64,000 bases of DNA from an uncultured Nitrospiraceae bacterium (lineage in GTDB: Bacteria; Nitrospirota; Thermodesulfovibrionia; Thermodesulfovibrionales; SM23-35). This document shows positions 25,464 to 36,114 of the stretch, in pieces. A program made the position numbers and the translations under genes. The stretch covers positions 1,072 to 65,071 of the forward strand of contig CAKZPA010000041.1 in NCBI GenBank assembly GCA_937138415.1, in the 5' to 3' direction. The number at the start of each line of letters is the position of its first letter. Position 1 is the first letter of the stretch. The notes below the pieces were generated by a model, which worked only from the letters and a program-made list of their open reading frames with translations, made no database searches and was not told where the DNA came from.

Positions 25464-25915
25464 GACAAAAAAGAGAAAACCGATTTCGAGACAGGTTCTC
25501 ACATACTCCCGCAGAAAGTCATGAAATTGGCAATGGGTGTTCGCGATGCATGGAAAGCACCGCGGACGGACATCGGGAATTTCCCGGATAGTATCGGTAC
25601 GATCTCGGGATAAAGACCGTTACGGCTTGCTCGCTCGTTTGATTGTCATGCACCAGCTCGATGGCGCTTCATCTTGACCCGCTACCGCCGAGACTACTTC
25701 AAAACTTTGCCGAAGAAGCTCCCTGACGAAAACCTTCCGTGACGCGAGCCGGCCAGCCGCCCAAGCCGGACCATCGGCCCATTCGGGTTCATTCGCCGGT
25801 CGCTGACGAGAAATGCAGGCGAACAATTCGGTATCGATGACGCGTTGCCTCCTTTCCGCACAAGGAGGGGGGGAGGGGCCTCCCGGGGGAAGGAGGCCCC
25901 TCGTGGGAGGGAACC

Positions 25916-27079
25916 TTAAAGCCCTTTCTGAAGCTGGGGCGCTTTTCTCATGAATGCCGGCATATCGATGTGCTCTTCGTAGGCAATGATCTCGGTCGGC
26001 ACCAAATCGCCGACGGAATTCTGCGCGAGATTTTTCGAGAGAACGCGTTCCGACCCCTTCAGGTGAATCGGGTGCTTGAGAGGCGACCACTTCTTCACGT
26101 GCGGAAGCTCGGCTTTTTCCTTCCGTTCGCTGAATCCCGTCGCGATCACGATCACCCGCACCTCGTCCCGCACGTCGGGGTCGATCACCGCGCCGATGAT
26201 GATGTGCGCGTCTTCGTGGGCGAAGTCGTAGATGAACGACACGGCATCCTTCATGCTGTCGAGGGAGAGTTCGAGCCCCCCCGTGATATTCACGAGGATG
26301 CCCTTCGCGCCCTCGATGGATGAGTCCTCGAGGAGCGGGTTCGAGACCGCCTTCCGGGCCGCCTCGAGGGCGCCGCCCTCGCCCTTTCCGAAGCCGCAGC
26401 CCATCACTCCCCTGCCTTTGTCCTGAATGATCGTCTTCACGTCGGCGAAATCCACGTTGATCAGGCCGGGGACGAGGATGATATCGGATATCCCCTGGAC
26501 CGCCTGCTTGAGCACGTCGTTCGCGATCGCGAACGATTTGAGGAGGGGCGTCCCTTTCTCGACGACGAGCGTAATCTTATCGTTCGGGATGACGATGAGC
26601 GTGTCCACGATGTCCCGCAGCGCGCGTATCCCTTCTTCCGCGTTTTCGTTGCGTATCTTCCCTTCGTAGAAGAACGGTTTCGTGACGACCGCGATGGTGA
26701 TCGCCCCCAGCTCCTTCGCGATGCTCGCGATCACGGGGCTCGCGCCCGTCCCCGTGCCGCCGCCCATGCCGGCGGTGATGAACACCATGTCGGCGCCCTC
26801 GAGGTATTCGGCGATGAGCGCCGCGTCCTCTTCCGCGGCAGCCCGGCCGATCTGGGGGTCCGATCCGGCGCCGAGACCGCGCGTGAGCTGCGACCCGATC
26901 TGGACCTTCGATGGCGCGAGCGACATTTCGAGCGCCTGCGCGTCCGTGTTCACCGCGATGAATTCGATGCCGTGCAGATTCGAGGCGATCATCGTGTTGA
27001 TCGCGTTGCCGCCGGCCCCCCCGGCGCCGACGACCTTGATCCTCGCACACTGTCCTCGTGCTTCTTCAATTTCGAACAT
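25916..27079 (-). CDS. ftsZ: Cell division GTPase FtsZ
   Basis: GGGTGTG tubulin signature, NTDAQAL, and the C-terminal DMPAFMRK peptide. Confidence 0.95.
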   Translation of the reverse strand: MFEIEEARGQCARIKVVGAGGAGGNAINTMIASNLHGIEFIAVNTDAQALEMSLAPSKVQIGSQLTRGLGAGSDPQIGRAAAEEDAALIAEYLEGADMVFITAGMGGGTGTGASPVIASIAKELGAITIAVVTKPFFYEGKIRNENAEEGIRALRDIVDTLIVIPNDKITLVVEKGTPLLKSFAIANDVLKQAVQGISDIILVPGLINVDFADVKTIIQDKGRGVMGCGFGKGEGGALEAARKAVSNPLLEDSSIEGAKGILVNITGGLELSLDSMKDAVSFIYDFAHEDAHIIIGAVIDPDVRDEVRVIVIATGFSERKEKAELPHVKKWSPLKHPIHLKGSERVLSKNLAQNSVGDLVPTEIIAYEEHIDMPAFMRKAPQLQKGL

Positions 27080-28319
27080 ACGCTATCCCTCCTTTTTTTC
27101 TATTGAAGATTTCTTTTGCCAATCCTTTTATGAAGCCGAATACCCCCGCCACGGCGTCCCGCGTGCGGACCATGTCCGGCAGCGCGTCGAACCCGTAGAG
27201 GACGAGGCCGGCCGCGGTCGCGCACGCCGGCGCGTCCGGCATGTTCTGGACACCGCGCTTCTTGAGGGGGCTCCCCAGCCTCACGGGGACGCCCCAGACG
27301 GATTCCGCCATCCTATCGAGGCCGTTGAGCAGCGCGCCTCCTCCGGCGAGGACGACCTTCGTCGGAGCGATATCCCCGGCGGCGCACTGCGTGAGTTCCT
27401 TTCGGATGAGATCGAGCACTTCGTACGAACGCGCCTCGAGTATCTCCACGAGGCGGCTTCGTGAAAAAGCCCTCTTCCGGCCCTCGTAGGAAACCTCGAT
27501 CTCGTCCCCATCCCCGGCTCTCCGGAGCGCCTCGATGCCCACGTGTTTCTTGATATGCTCGGCCTCGCTCACGGAAACGCCCAACCCGACCGCGATGTCG
27601 TTCGTGAAATGATTTCCACCGACCGCGAGGACGGAGCAGTGCCGCGGCCACCCGTCTCTGAAGAAAAGGATGTCCGTCGTGCCGCCCCCGATGTCGACGA
27701 AGACCGCCCCCATCTCGCGCTCTTCCTCCGTGAGGAAGACGCCGGCGGACGCGAGCGGAGAAAAGACGACCTCGACGCCCTCGACTCCCGCCTTGTTAAC
27801 GCACGCGACGAGGTTCCTCACCGCGGAGACGGATGCCGTCACGACGAACACATGCGCCTCGAGACGCTCGCACGTCATGCCGGACGGATCCGTGATGCCG
27901 TTCTGGCCGTCGACCGCGTAGCCCGCCGGAAGGACGTGGAGGACGTCCCTGTCGAGAGGGACATAGACCGACCGCGCGGAGTCGAGCGCCTCCTCGATCT
28001 CCCGGCGGCCGACTTCTCTGCCGCCGATGCCGGCGGCCCCGATACTGCCGAATCCCTTCACGTGGGCCCCGGACAGGCCGAGATAGACCGAGTTGATTTC
28101 GACCCCGCAGCCCGATTCGGCCTCGCGGAGGGCGTTGGCGATCGACAAGGTGAGTTCGTCCATGTTGACGACAACGCCTTTCCTCATGCCCTGCGCCGGA
28201 GAGATCTGCATGCCCCGGATGAGCAGGGTACCGCGAACGACCTCGCCGACGACCGTGCAGATCTTTGTCGTCCCCACGTCGAGGCCGACGAGTATCTGTT
28301 CTGACCGACCCGACGGCAT
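27066..28319 (-). CDS. ftsA: Cell division protein FtsA
   Basis: Actin-fold motifs LDVGTTKICTVVGE and VDIGGGTTDI. Lies between ftsQ and ftsZ. Confidence 0.95.
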   Translation of the reverse strand: MPSGRSEQILVGLDVGTTKICTVVGEVVRGTLLIRGMQISPAQGMRKGVVVNMDELTLSIANALREAESGCGVEINSVYLGLSGAHVKGFGSIGAAGIGGREVGRREIEEALDSARSVYVPLDRDVLHVLPAGYAVDGQNGITDPSGMTCERLEAHVFVVTASVSAVRNLVACVNKAGVEGVEVVFSPLASAGVFLTEEEREMGAVFVDIGGGTTDILFFRDGWPRHCSVLAVGGNHFTNDIAVGLGVSVSEAEHIKKHVGIEALRRAGDGDEIEVSYEGRKRAFSRSRLVEILEARSYEVLDLIRKELTQCAAGDIAPTKVVLAGGGALLNGLDRMAESVWGVPVRLGSPLKKRGVQNMPDAPACATAAGLVLYGFDALPDMVRTRDAVAGVFGFIKGLAKEIFNRKKGGIAYVRN

Positions 28320-28324
28320 CGCGC

Positions 28325-29083
28325 CTACTCCTCCTTTTTCTTCGCCATCATCGGCTTGACGAACGCTTTGTCGCCGAACCGCACGTCTATGTAATCCACC
28401 GCGATATTCCTGTTCTTGAGCTCCTCTTCCAGGTGGAGGAGCCGTTCGAGTTTTTCTTCGTAGTTGCCCGCGCCTATCTTGACGACCGCGTCGTCCATTT
28501 CGACGGACAGTTCATTGGGATTGTGCGCGATCACCTCGACGTGGTCCCGTCCTTGCGTGATCCCCATCTCGTTCAGGAGCCGCACGAGCTTGAGCGCCTC
28601 CTCGAACCCCTCGCGCTCGCGCTCGGGGTCGCTCAGGATCACGGGGAGGAAGGGCACCGCGTCGTCTTTCAGCTCTTCGAGAGATTCCCCGCGTTCGTCT
28701 ATGAGGACGAGGCGCCCGCGCACGTCGAGGAGTGCGAACGGCTCCGTTTCCTCGATCGCGATCGCGAGCGTGTCGGGAAACTCCTTCCGCACGGACGCGG
28801 ACAAGACCCACGGAGACTCGAGCAACCGCCGCGTTATCTCACGGCCGCGGAGCGTGAAGAGGCTCTTGCCGACCGGCACCCGCGCGATCTCCCGGAGTTC
28901 GCTCTCCGAAAGGCGCTTGTTGTCGTGGAACACGACCTTCCGGACGTGAAAGATCGGCTTCACGTGGTTGAAGAGATAATACACGGAAAAAGCGAGGAGA
29001 CCGACGAGCAAGGCAGCGAACCCAAGCCGCACGTTTCGGAAAGAAGCGACGCCGATGCCCTTCTTCACCCTATTCGCTTTCAT
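28325..29083 (-). CDS. ftsQ: Cell division protein FtsQ
   Basis: N-terminal TM helix with a POTRA-like region. Position fits. Confidence 0.8.
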   Translation of the reverse strand: MKANRVKKGIGVASFRNVRLGFAALLVGLLAFSVYYLFNHVKPIFHVRKVVFHDNKRLSESELREIARVPVGKSLFTLRGREITRRLLESPWVLSASVRKEFPDTLAIAIEETEPFALLDVRGRLVLIDERGESLEELKDDAVPFLPVILSDPEREREGFEEALKLVRLLNEMGITQGRDHVEVIAHNPNELSVEMDDAVVKIGAGNYEEKLERLLHLEEELKNRNIAVDYIDVRFGDKAFVKPMMAKKKEE

Positions 29084-29984
29084 GGAGCGCCTCTCTCACT
29101 ATCTCCTCGACGAGTTCTGGAAACGGCAATCCCGCCCGGAGCGCGATCTTCGGCAGCAGGCTCGTCTCCGTCATCCCCGGGATAGTGTTGACCTCGAGCA
29201 CGTACGGGTTCCCCTCAGGCGTGATGCGCAGATCGACTCTCGTCGCGCCCCTGCACCCGAGCGCCGCATGGGCCGCGCACGCCACCGCCGCCGCCCGCTC
29301 GTAAGCGGCGCCGTCGATGTCGGGAGGGAGCACGTACTCCGTCAATCCCGGCGTGTACTTCGCCGCGTAACTGTAGAATTCGACCGTCGGCCTCACCTCG
29401 ACCCCGCCGATGGCCCTTCCACCGAGGATGCCGATCTGGACCTCTTTCCCTTCTATGTACCGTTCGATCAGAACCCGCGGGCCGTACTTCCGCGCCTCGC
29501 TCACGGCGCGCGCGAGTTCGCTCTCGCTCTTCACGATGCTCACCCCGATGCTCGATCCCTCCGCCGCAGGTTTCACGACCCACGGCAGATCGAAGCCGAT
29601 CGCCGTCGCCGCGGCGGTTAGATCCGCGAGCACGTGGGAGGGAGGCACCGGTATCGCGTGGTAACTGAAGACCTTTTTCGCCAGTTCTTTGTCCATCGCG
29701 AGTGCCGAGGCGAGGATGCCGGAACCGGTGTACGGGATGCCGAGGATCTCGAGCACCCCCTGAATGGCACCGTTTTCCCCGTGCCCGCCGTGCAGCGCGA
29801 TGAAAGCGACCTCCACTCCTTCGTCCGAGAGCCTGCGGCAGATGTCCGGCCCGACATCGAGAGCGACCGCGTCGTATCCACGTTCCTTCAGGGCGCGATA
29901 AACCGCCTGCCCGCTTCTGAGCGACACCTCCCGCTCGGCGGACTGCCCGCCCATCAGGACGCCGATCCTTTTATTCGTCACCAT
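29070..29984 (-). CDS. ddl: D-alanine--D-alanine ligase
   Basis: [23 protein letters not shown], and the ATP-grasp motif [10 protein letters not shown]. Confidence 0.9.
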   Translation of the reverse strand: MVTNKRIGVLMGGQSAEREVSLRSGQAVYRALKERGYDAVALDVGPDICRRLSDEGVEVAFIALHGGHGENGAIQGVLEILGIPYTGSGILASALAMDKELAKKVFSYHAIPVPPSHVLADLTAAATAIGFDLPWVVKPAAEGSSIGVSIVKSESELARAVSEARKYGPRVLIERYIEGKEVQIGILGGRAIGGVEVRPTVEFYSYAAKYTPGLTEYVLPPDIDGAAYERAAAVACAAHAALGCRGATRVDLRITPEGNPYVLEVNTIPGMTETSLLPKIALRAGLPFPELVEEIVREALHESE

Positions 29985-30912
29985 CGTCTCTTCCGACGAT
30001 TCTGATCTCCGGTTCGAGGAGTACCCCGTGCGTTTCCTTCACCCGCGCGGCCACCTCGCGCATGAGCGCGATGAAGTCCGCCGCGGTCGCTCCGCCGACG
30101 TTGATGAAAAAATTCGCGTGGAGCGTGCTGACGACGACATCGCCGATCCGGAGGCCCTTGCAGCCCGCCTCCTCGATGAGCCTTCCCGCGGACCGACCCG
30201 CGGGATTCCTGAAGACGCACCCCGCCGACGCCTCCCAGATGGGCTGCCTGCTCCGCTTCTCCCCGAGAAACTGCTCGATGCGTCCGGCGACGTCCTCCGG
30301 CCTCCCCTTCAGGAGCCGCACCTCCGCGCTCACGACGAGATCGTTCCGCGCGAGGGAAGACGTCCGGTACCCGAAGGAGAGCCGTTCCGCCGGCACGCGT
30401 TCGATCTCACCGCCCGGCCTCATCACGTCAACCGAAACGAGGACGTCCTTCATCTCATAGCCGAATGACCCCGCATTGCCGCAGATCGCGCCGCCGACGG
30501 TTCCGGGAATGCCGGCGAGCCCCTCGATCCCTGCGTATCCGTTATCCCGCGAAAACAGCACCAGCCGCTGGAGGAGGGTACCGGTACCGACCGAGAGGGT
30601 GACGGCGTCCGAATCCTCCGCTCTCCGCTCGATATGGCGGAACGCCGACATGCAGACGACGGCACCATCGATTCCGCCGTCACGCACCAGCACGTTCGTC
30701 CCCGAGCCGAGGGCGAAAAATTGGACGCTCTCTTCCCGCAGGGCGTTCGAGAGGTACGCGAGAGAGCGAACGTTTTCGGGTACGGCGAAGACGTCCGCGG
30801 GTCCTCCTATCCTGAGCGACGTGTGCCTGCTCATCGGTTCCGAGAACCGGACCTCGCCCTCGAACAATCCCCTCGTGAAAATGTCGCGCACTCTGACGTC
30901 CGTCATCTGCAC
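29971..30912 (-). CDS. murB: UDP-N-acetylenolpyruvoylglucosamine reductase
   Basis: [29 protein letters not shown]. Confidence 0.9.
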   Translation of the reverse strand: MQMTDVRVRDIFTRGLFEGEVRFSEPMSRHTSLRIGGPADVFAVPENVRSLAYLSNALREESVQFFALGSGTNVLVRDGGIDGAVVCMSAFRHIERRAEDSDAVTLSVGTGTLLQRLVLFSRDNGYAGIEGLAGIPGTVGGAICGNAGSFGYEMKDVLVSVDVMRPGGEIERVPAERLSFGYRTSSLARNDLVVSAEVRLLKGRPEDVAGRIEQFLGEKRSRQPIWEASAGCVFRNPAGRSAGRLIEEAGCKGLRIGDVVVSTLHANFFINVGGATAADFIALMREVAARVKETHGVLLEPEIRIVGRDDGDE

Positions 30913-32309
30913 GGTATCTTCTTCGTCCTCAATTTATGCACGATCTCCTCGCCGGCTCTATAGACGTTCCCGGCCCCGAGGGTGAGCACGATGTCCCCCT
31001 CCCGCACGATGCCGAGAATACGATCGATCGCTTCTTCGCGGTCCGCAGCGTACCGCACGTCGCCAGACCCCGCTTCTCTCATTTTCCGCACGAGCGCTTC
31101 GGAATTGATGCCTTCGATCGCGGGTTCCCCCGCAGGGTAGATGTCGAGCACGATGAGCGCGTCCGCATCGGCGAACGAGACCGCGAACTCATCCATGAGG
31201 TCGCGCGTCCGGGTGTAGCGGTGCGGCTGGAAGAGGACGAGCACTCTCCCGTTCCACTCCCCGCCCGCCTCGTGCCCTTCCCTGAGGGCCTTCAGCGTCG
31301 CCCGGATCTCGGAAGGGTGATGCCCGTAATCGTCGTAGACCCGTATCCCGTCCACCTCGCCTTTCAGCTCGAGCCGCCGCTGGATGCCCGTGAATCCCCT
31401 GAACGATTCCCGCACGGCATCGGCGTCGATCTTGAGAACGATCGCGACACCGATCGCGGCGAGACTGTTCAGCACGTTGTGGACGCCGGGAACCGGGATA
31501 TCGAACGTCCCGAACCGATTTCCCCGGTACACGACGTCGAACGCGGTGGACATGAAGCCCTTCCTGATGTTCTCCGCGCGGAGCTGCGCTTCCCTCGAGA
31601 ACCCGTAGGTGAGGCAGCGCCGGTGAACGGACGGCAACAGTTCGCGCACGTATTCGTCTTCGTGGCAGACGACGGACGCCCCGTAGAAAGGCACTTTATT
31701 CATGAACGACAGGAACGCCTCTTTCAGGCGGTCCATCGTGCGGAAGTAATCCATGTGTTCCCTGTCGATATTCGTGACGACGGCGATCGTCGGCGAGAGT
31801 TTCAGGAACGAACCATCGCTCTCGTCCGCCTCGGCGACGAGGAAATCGCCCTGACCGAGTCGGGCGTTGCTTCCGGTCGCCTTCAGTCGCCCGCCGATGA
31901 CGACCGTCGGATCGAATCCGCCGTGCGCGAGGACCGTCGCGAGCAGCGACGTCGTCGTCGTTTTCCCGTGCGCGCCGGCGACGAGAACGCTGTACTTGAG
32001 GCGCGCGATCTCGGCGAGCATTTCCGCGCGGGGGATGACCGGGATCGACCGCGCCCTCGCTTCGATCACCTCGGGATTGTCCGCCGAGACCGCCGAGGAG
32101 ACGACGACGACGTGCGCGTTATCCACGTTTTCGGGCCTGTGGCCGATCCAGACCGGGATCCCCGCCCGCTCGAGACGTTCCGTCGTCTCCGACCGCTTGA
32201 TGTCGGATCCCGTGACGCGATACCCGAGCGTGTGGAGGACCTCCGCGATCCCCGACATCCCGATGCCGCCGATGCCGACGAAATGGATGACCCGGTAACT
32301 CTCAAACAT
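30903..32309 (-). CDS. murC: UDP-N-acetylmuramate--L-alanine ligase
   Basis: HFVGIGGIGMSGIAEVL, AGAHGKTTTTS. Confidence 0.9.
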   Translation of the reverse strand: MFESYRVIHFVGIGGIGMSGIAEVLHTLGYRVTGSDIKRSETTERLERAGIPVWIGHRPENVDNAHVVVVSSAVSADNPEVIEARARSIPVIPRAEMLAEIARLKYSVLVAGAHGKTTTTSLLATVLAHGGFDPTVVIGGRLKATGSNARLGQGDFLVAEADESDGSFLKLSPTIAVVTNIDREHMDYFRTMDRLKEAFLSFMNKVPFYGASVVCHEDEYVRELLPSVHRRCLTYGFSREAQLRAENIRKGFMSTAFDVVYRGNRFGTFDIPVPGVHNVLNSLAAIGVAIVLKIDADAVRESFRGFTGIQRRLELKGEVDGIRVYDDYGHHPSEIRATLKALREGHEAGGEWNGRVLVLFQPHRYTRTRDLMDEFAVSFADADALIVLDIYPAGEPAIEGINSEALVRKMREAGSGDVRYAADREEAIDRILGIVREGDIVLTLGAGNVYRAGEEIVHKLRTKKIPCR

Positions 32310-32324
32310 ATCCTGTCCTCCCCT

Positions 32325-33449
32325 TCATACCGCGTGCCTCGCGCCGGACGGAGACGACTGCCTCAGCAGGCTGAAGGCGACATCCGCGACCCGCGCGGCG
32401 GCGTCCGGGCGGCCGATGGACGCGCTCGCCCTCCGCATCTCCTCCCGCGTCGCCGCGTCGAGGACGAGTTCGCGAATCGCGGCGGCAAGGGTCTCTCCGC
32501 GGAGTTCACCGTCGAGGATCACCCGCGCGGCGCCCATTTCCTGCAACTTGAGCGCGTTGAACTCCTGGTGTCTCCCTGCCGCGAACGGATACGGGACGAG
32601 AATCGCCGGCTTGCCGAGCACGGTCAATTCGGCGAGCGTCGTCGCCCCGGCGCGGGAAATGACGAGATCCGCGGCGGCGTAAGCGTCGCCCATTTCATAG
32701 ATAAAGGGGACGATCGTCCCCCTGTATCCGCTCTCGCGAAAGGCGTTCCGGACGGCGTCGTAATCGGCCTGTCCGGTCTGGTGGAGAAATTGGACCCTGT
32801 CTTTGAGGTCATCGAGGTGCGGGAGACACTCGACGATGGCCTTATTGATACTGCGCGCGCCGGAACTCCCGCCGAAAACGAAGACCGTAAAGAGTCCCTC
32901 CCCGAGGGAAAAGAGACGGCGGCCGACAGCCGCGCTCCCTTTCAGCAGCCGCTCGCGCACGGGGTTGCCGGTCAGGAACGCCTTGTCCGAAGGGAAGAAC
33001 GACATGCTTTCCTGATACGTCACGCACACGCTGTCGACGAATTTTCCGAGAATTTTGTTCGTCATCCCCGGCGCGGAATTCTGCTCGAGGATCATCGTCG
33101 GAACCGACAGGAGAGAGGCGAGGAACACGACCGCTCCCGATGCATATCCGCCGACGCCGATCACGATGTCGGGCCTCACCGCCTGAATGATTCTGTACGC
33201 GTCAAAGATGGACAGGACGGACAACATAACCGCCCTCATTTTTCCGAAAACGCTCATCCCGACGATGCCGCTCGCGCGAACATACCGGATCGGATATCCC
33301 TCTCTCGGCACGACCCTCGCTTCGATGCCAGCCTCGGTGCCGACGAAAACGACCTCGACGACCGCATCGCGTTTTTTCAATTCCTCCGCGAGCGCCAGTC
33401 CCGGGAAAACGTGCCCTCCTGTCCCGCCGCCGGCAATGATGACCCTCAT
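32325..33449 (-). CDS. murG: Undecaprenyldiphospho-muramoylpentapeptide beta-N-acetylglucosaminyltransferase
   Basis: The true start is ATG 33449 (MRVIIAGGGTGGHVFPG), in an ATGA overlap with the ftsW stop. The 780-aa ORF in the track is this gene plus an R/P-rich out-of-frame read-through of ftsW. Confidence 0.9.
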   Translation of the reverse strand: MRVIIAGGGTGGHVFPGLALAEELKKRDAVVEVVFVGTEAGIEARVVPREGYPIRYVRASGIVGMSVFGKMRAVMLSVLSIFDAYRIIQAVRPDIVIGVGGYASGAVVFLASLLSVPTMILEQNSAPGMTNKILGKFVDSVCVTYQESMSFFPSDKAFLTGNPVRERLLKGSAAVGRRLFSLGEGLFTVFVFGGSSGARSINKAIVECLPHLDDLKDRVQFLHQTGQADYDAVRNAFRESGYRGTIVPFIYEMGDAYAAADLVISRAGATTLAELTVLGKPAILVPYPFAAGRHQEFNALKLQEMGAARVILDGELRGETLAAAIRELVLDAATREEMRRASASIGRPDAAARVADVAFSLLRQSSPSGARHAV

Positions 33450-34678
33450 GGAAGAACCCGCTCTCCTTGCCGGGGAACCGGATACCGCGGTGCCGCGGGA
33501 AAGCGCTCCCCTGTAATCCTTCCCGCGAGGTTCCTCCCGAAACTCTTCCTCGCCAAGATCCTCCGTTCGCCTCTCTCGTGGCCGGCCTCGCCGCTCCGGG
33601 ATATCGCGAGGAGCATTCCGACAGCCGCCATGTTGACGAGGAGGGAGGAACCGCCGTAGCTGATGAACGGGAGTGGCAACCCTTTCGTCGGCACGAGCCC
33701 GACGGCGACCGCGAAATTGATGAGACCCTGGAGCGAGATCATGAGCGTCAGGCCTGTCGCGAGATACGAGACGAAAGGGTCTTTCGCGCGGTTCGCGATC
33801 TGGATGCCTCTGATGAAAATAAGGAGAAAGAGGGCGACCGTTCCGAGCGCCCCGAAGAATCCGATCTCTTCCCCTATGATCGAAAAGATGAAGTCCGTAT
33901 GGGATTCGGGCAGGTACGCGAGCTTCTGCTTCGAATTGCCGATGCCCACGCCGGTCAGTCCGCCGCTTCCGAGGGCGATGAAGGACTGCACGAGCTGGAA
34001 ACCGCACCCCTGGGGGTCTTTCCACGGGTCGAGAAAACAGGTGAGCCTCCTGAACCGGTACGGCTCCATGACGAGCAGGGCGATTGCCGGCAGCGCGATG
34101 ACGCCCAGTGACGCGAGGTACCGGAGGCGGATCCCCGAGACGAAGAGCATCGCGAACGTGAGGAAGGCGAGGCTCATCGCCGCCCCAAAGTCCGGCTGCA
34201 GGAGGATCACCGCCTGGAACACGACCATGACGACGATCGGTTTGAGGAACGACGCGAACCTGTCGGTCCGGTACGCCGGACTCGAGAGGTGAAACGCGAG
34301 GAAAATGACCATCGAGAGCTTCACGAGTTCCGACGGCTGGAAAGTGGACGGCCACAGCCGCAGCCACCGGGTCGCGCCACCCGCGGTAACGCCGATCCCC
34401 GGAACGAAGACGAGGACGAGGAGCGCGAACGAGAAGACGAGGAGCGGGATCGCGGACTTTTTCACGCTCCCGGGCCGTCCCTTGTACGTGGTCAGGAAGA
34501 GGATGCACACCCCGATGAGGATCGTGAACAGATGCCTCTTGAAATAGTGAAACTCGGTGACGTTCTTCCGCGCGAGGACCGGCGTGATCACGGAGGTCGA
34601 ACTGAAGACCATGAGCGCCCCCAGACCGACGAGGACGAGCGTCGCGATCAGTAACACCCTGTCGCACGATTTCGTCAC
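33446..34678 (-). CDS. ftsW: SEDS-family peptidoglycan polymerase / lipid II flippase FtsW
   Basis: Polytopic membrane protein with QPSELVK, PDFG, EEIGFFG and GLPLPFISYGGSS. Confidence 0.9.
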   Translation of the reverse strand: MTKSCDRVLLIATLVLVGLGALMVFSSTSVITPVLARKNVTEFHYFKRHLFTILIGVCILFLTTYKGRPGSVKKSAIPLLVFSFALLVLVFVPGIGVTAGGATRWLRLWPSTFQPSELVKLSMVIFLAFHLSSPAYRTDRFASFLKPIVVMVVFQAVILLQPDFGAAMSLAFLTFAMLFVSGIRLRYLASLGVIALPAIALLVMEPYRFRRLTCFLDPWKDPQGCGFQLVQSFIALGSGGLTGVGIGNSKQKLAYLPESHTDFIFSIIGEEIGFFGALGTVALFLLIFIRGIQIANRAKDPFVSYLATGLTLMISLQGLINFAVAVGLVPTKGLPLPFISYGGSSLLVNMAAVGMLLAISRSGEAGHERGERRILARKSFGRNLAGRITGERFPAAPRYPVPRQGERVLP

Positions 34679-36114
34679 GCGAGCCCCCTCACGATATCCT
34701 TGAACCGGCGCCCCCTGTCCTCGAAATCCGCGAACATGTCGAAACTCGCGCAGGCGGGCGAGAGGAGGACGACGTCTCCCGGCCTGGCTCTCTCCCGGCA
34801 GACCTCCACCGCGCGGCGCAGGTCATCGGCGAAGGTCGTTTCGGTGAGATCGCCGAGCGCATTCTTCATCTTTTCCCTTGCCTCGCCGATCAGGACGAGC
34901 AGCTTGACCCTCTGCCTGACCGGTTCCCGCAGACGCGAGAAGTCGCCGGCCTTGTCTCTTCCGCCCGCGATGAGAAGGACGGAGTGCGGGAAGCTCTCGA
35001 CCGATTTCATCGCGGCATCGACGTTCGTCCCCTTCGAATCGTTGAAATACCTGACGCCGTCGAGTTCACGGACGAACTCGAGCCTGTGCTCGAGCCCGGC
35101 GAATTCCCCCAGCGCGGCGCGGACGGAATCGACGTCGCACCCTGCAAGGAGAGCCATGGCTGAAGCAGCCATGGCATTCTCCAGGTTATGAACCCCTTTG
35201 ATCCGGATCGCGTCTTCGGCGATGAGTTCGCAGTTCCCAAAATGCGAACCGTACCCTTCGAAATTGCAGAAAACGGCGCCGTCGCGCGCGTAGACACCGC
35301 GCACCGTTTCGTATCTGCTGAAAAAGAAAACGGTCGGAGCGTCATCCCGTCCCGACAGCCACTCTTTATAGTGGCGCCGCGTGACGGGATCGTCGTGGTT
35401 GAGCACGAGGACATCCCCCCGGCCCTGACGCTCGCAGATCCTGGCTTTCGCGCGCGCGTACTCTTCCACGTCGCGGTAACGGTCGAGATGATCCGGCGTG
35501 ATGTTCGTTATCGCGGCGACGCGCGGTTTGAACGCCGCGGTCGTCTCGAGCTGGAAACTCGAAACCTCCGCCACGATGAAATCGACGGGTTCGGGATTCT
35601 CCATCCTCCCGAGGATTTCCGTCGTGAGAGCGTTCCCGATGTTCCCCCCGAGAATGGTGCGGAACCCGTTCTTCTTCATCATGAAATCGAGGAGCGCGGT
35701 CGTCGTGGACTTCCCGTTCGTCCCCGTGACCGCGAGGAACCCGCCACTGCCTTCGCGAACGAGCGGTGCCGTCGGTGGGTCCTCGAGGCCGCGCGCCGCG
35801 ATCTCGTAGGCGAGTTCGAGTTCCCCGATGACGGGGATTCCCTTCGCCGCGGCGTGCTGGATCGTCGGCACGCCGGCCGGAACGCCGGGGCTCAGCACGA
35901 TCAGATCGGCGCCCGCGAAGACTTCCTCGGGATGGCCTCCGAGGACGAGCCTTACCCTCGGATCGACGGCACCTGCGAACGCCGAGAGTTCCCTCTCCTC
36001 TTTCCTGTCCGTGACGACGACGTCCGCGCCGAGCCGGGCGAGCAGATTCGCGGCTCCCGTTCCGCTCCGCGCCATGCCGACGACGGTCACGCGCTTACCC
36101 TTTATTCTTCTCAC
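34675..36114 (-). CDS. murD: UDP-N-acetylmuramoylalanine--D-glutamate ligase
   Basis: VVGMARSG, VTGTNGKSTT. Confidence 0.9.
   Translation of the reverse strand: MRRIKGKRVTVVGMARSGTGAANLLARLGADVVVTDRKEERELSAFAGAVDPRVRLVLGGHPEEVFAGADLIVLSPGVPAGVPTIQHAAAKGIPVIGELELAYEIAARGLEDPPTAPLVREGSGGFLAVTGTNGKSTTTALLDFMMKKNGFRTILGGNIGNALTTEILGRMENPEPVDFIVAEVSSFQLETTAAFKPRVAAITNITPDHLDRYRDVEEYARAKARICERQGRGDVLVLNHDDPVTRRHYKEWLSGRDDAPTVFFFSRYETVRGVYARDGAVFCNFEGYGSHFGNCELIAEDAIRIKGVHNLENAMAASAMALLAGCDVDSVRAALGEFAGLEHRLEFVRELDGVRYFNDSKGTNVDAAMKSVESFPHSVLLIAGGRDKAGDFSRLREPVRQRVKLLVLIGEAREKMKNALGDLTETTFADDLRRAVEVCRERARPGDVVLLSPACASFDMFADFEDRGRRFKDIVRGLA

Noticed and set aside
25620-25860. Possible ~70-aa minus-strand ORF downstream of ftsZ (..VIDTELFACISRQRPANEPEW..RKVFVRELLRQSFEVVSAV..) preceded by AAGGAGG.
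   Set aside because: There is no canonical start codon at a workable distance from the SD-like sequence. The listed 156-aa ORF reaches its ATG only by overlapping ftsZ out of frame. I recognise no family. It is left unannotated.
25873-25902. Perfect 11-bp GC hairpin (GAGGGGCCTCC-N8-GGAGGCCCCTC) right after ftsZ, considered as an intrinsic terminator.
   Set aside because: No U-run follows on either strand. It may be a Rho-dependent or stabilising structure, so it is not annotated as a terminator.
32325-34667. 780-aa ORF that looks like a fusion protein upstream of murG.
   Set aside because: Only the last 374 codons are MurG (MRVIIAGGGTGGHVFPG). The upstream part is an R/P-rich alternative frame of ftsW. 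The ATG at 33449 forms an ATGA overlap with the ftsW stop.
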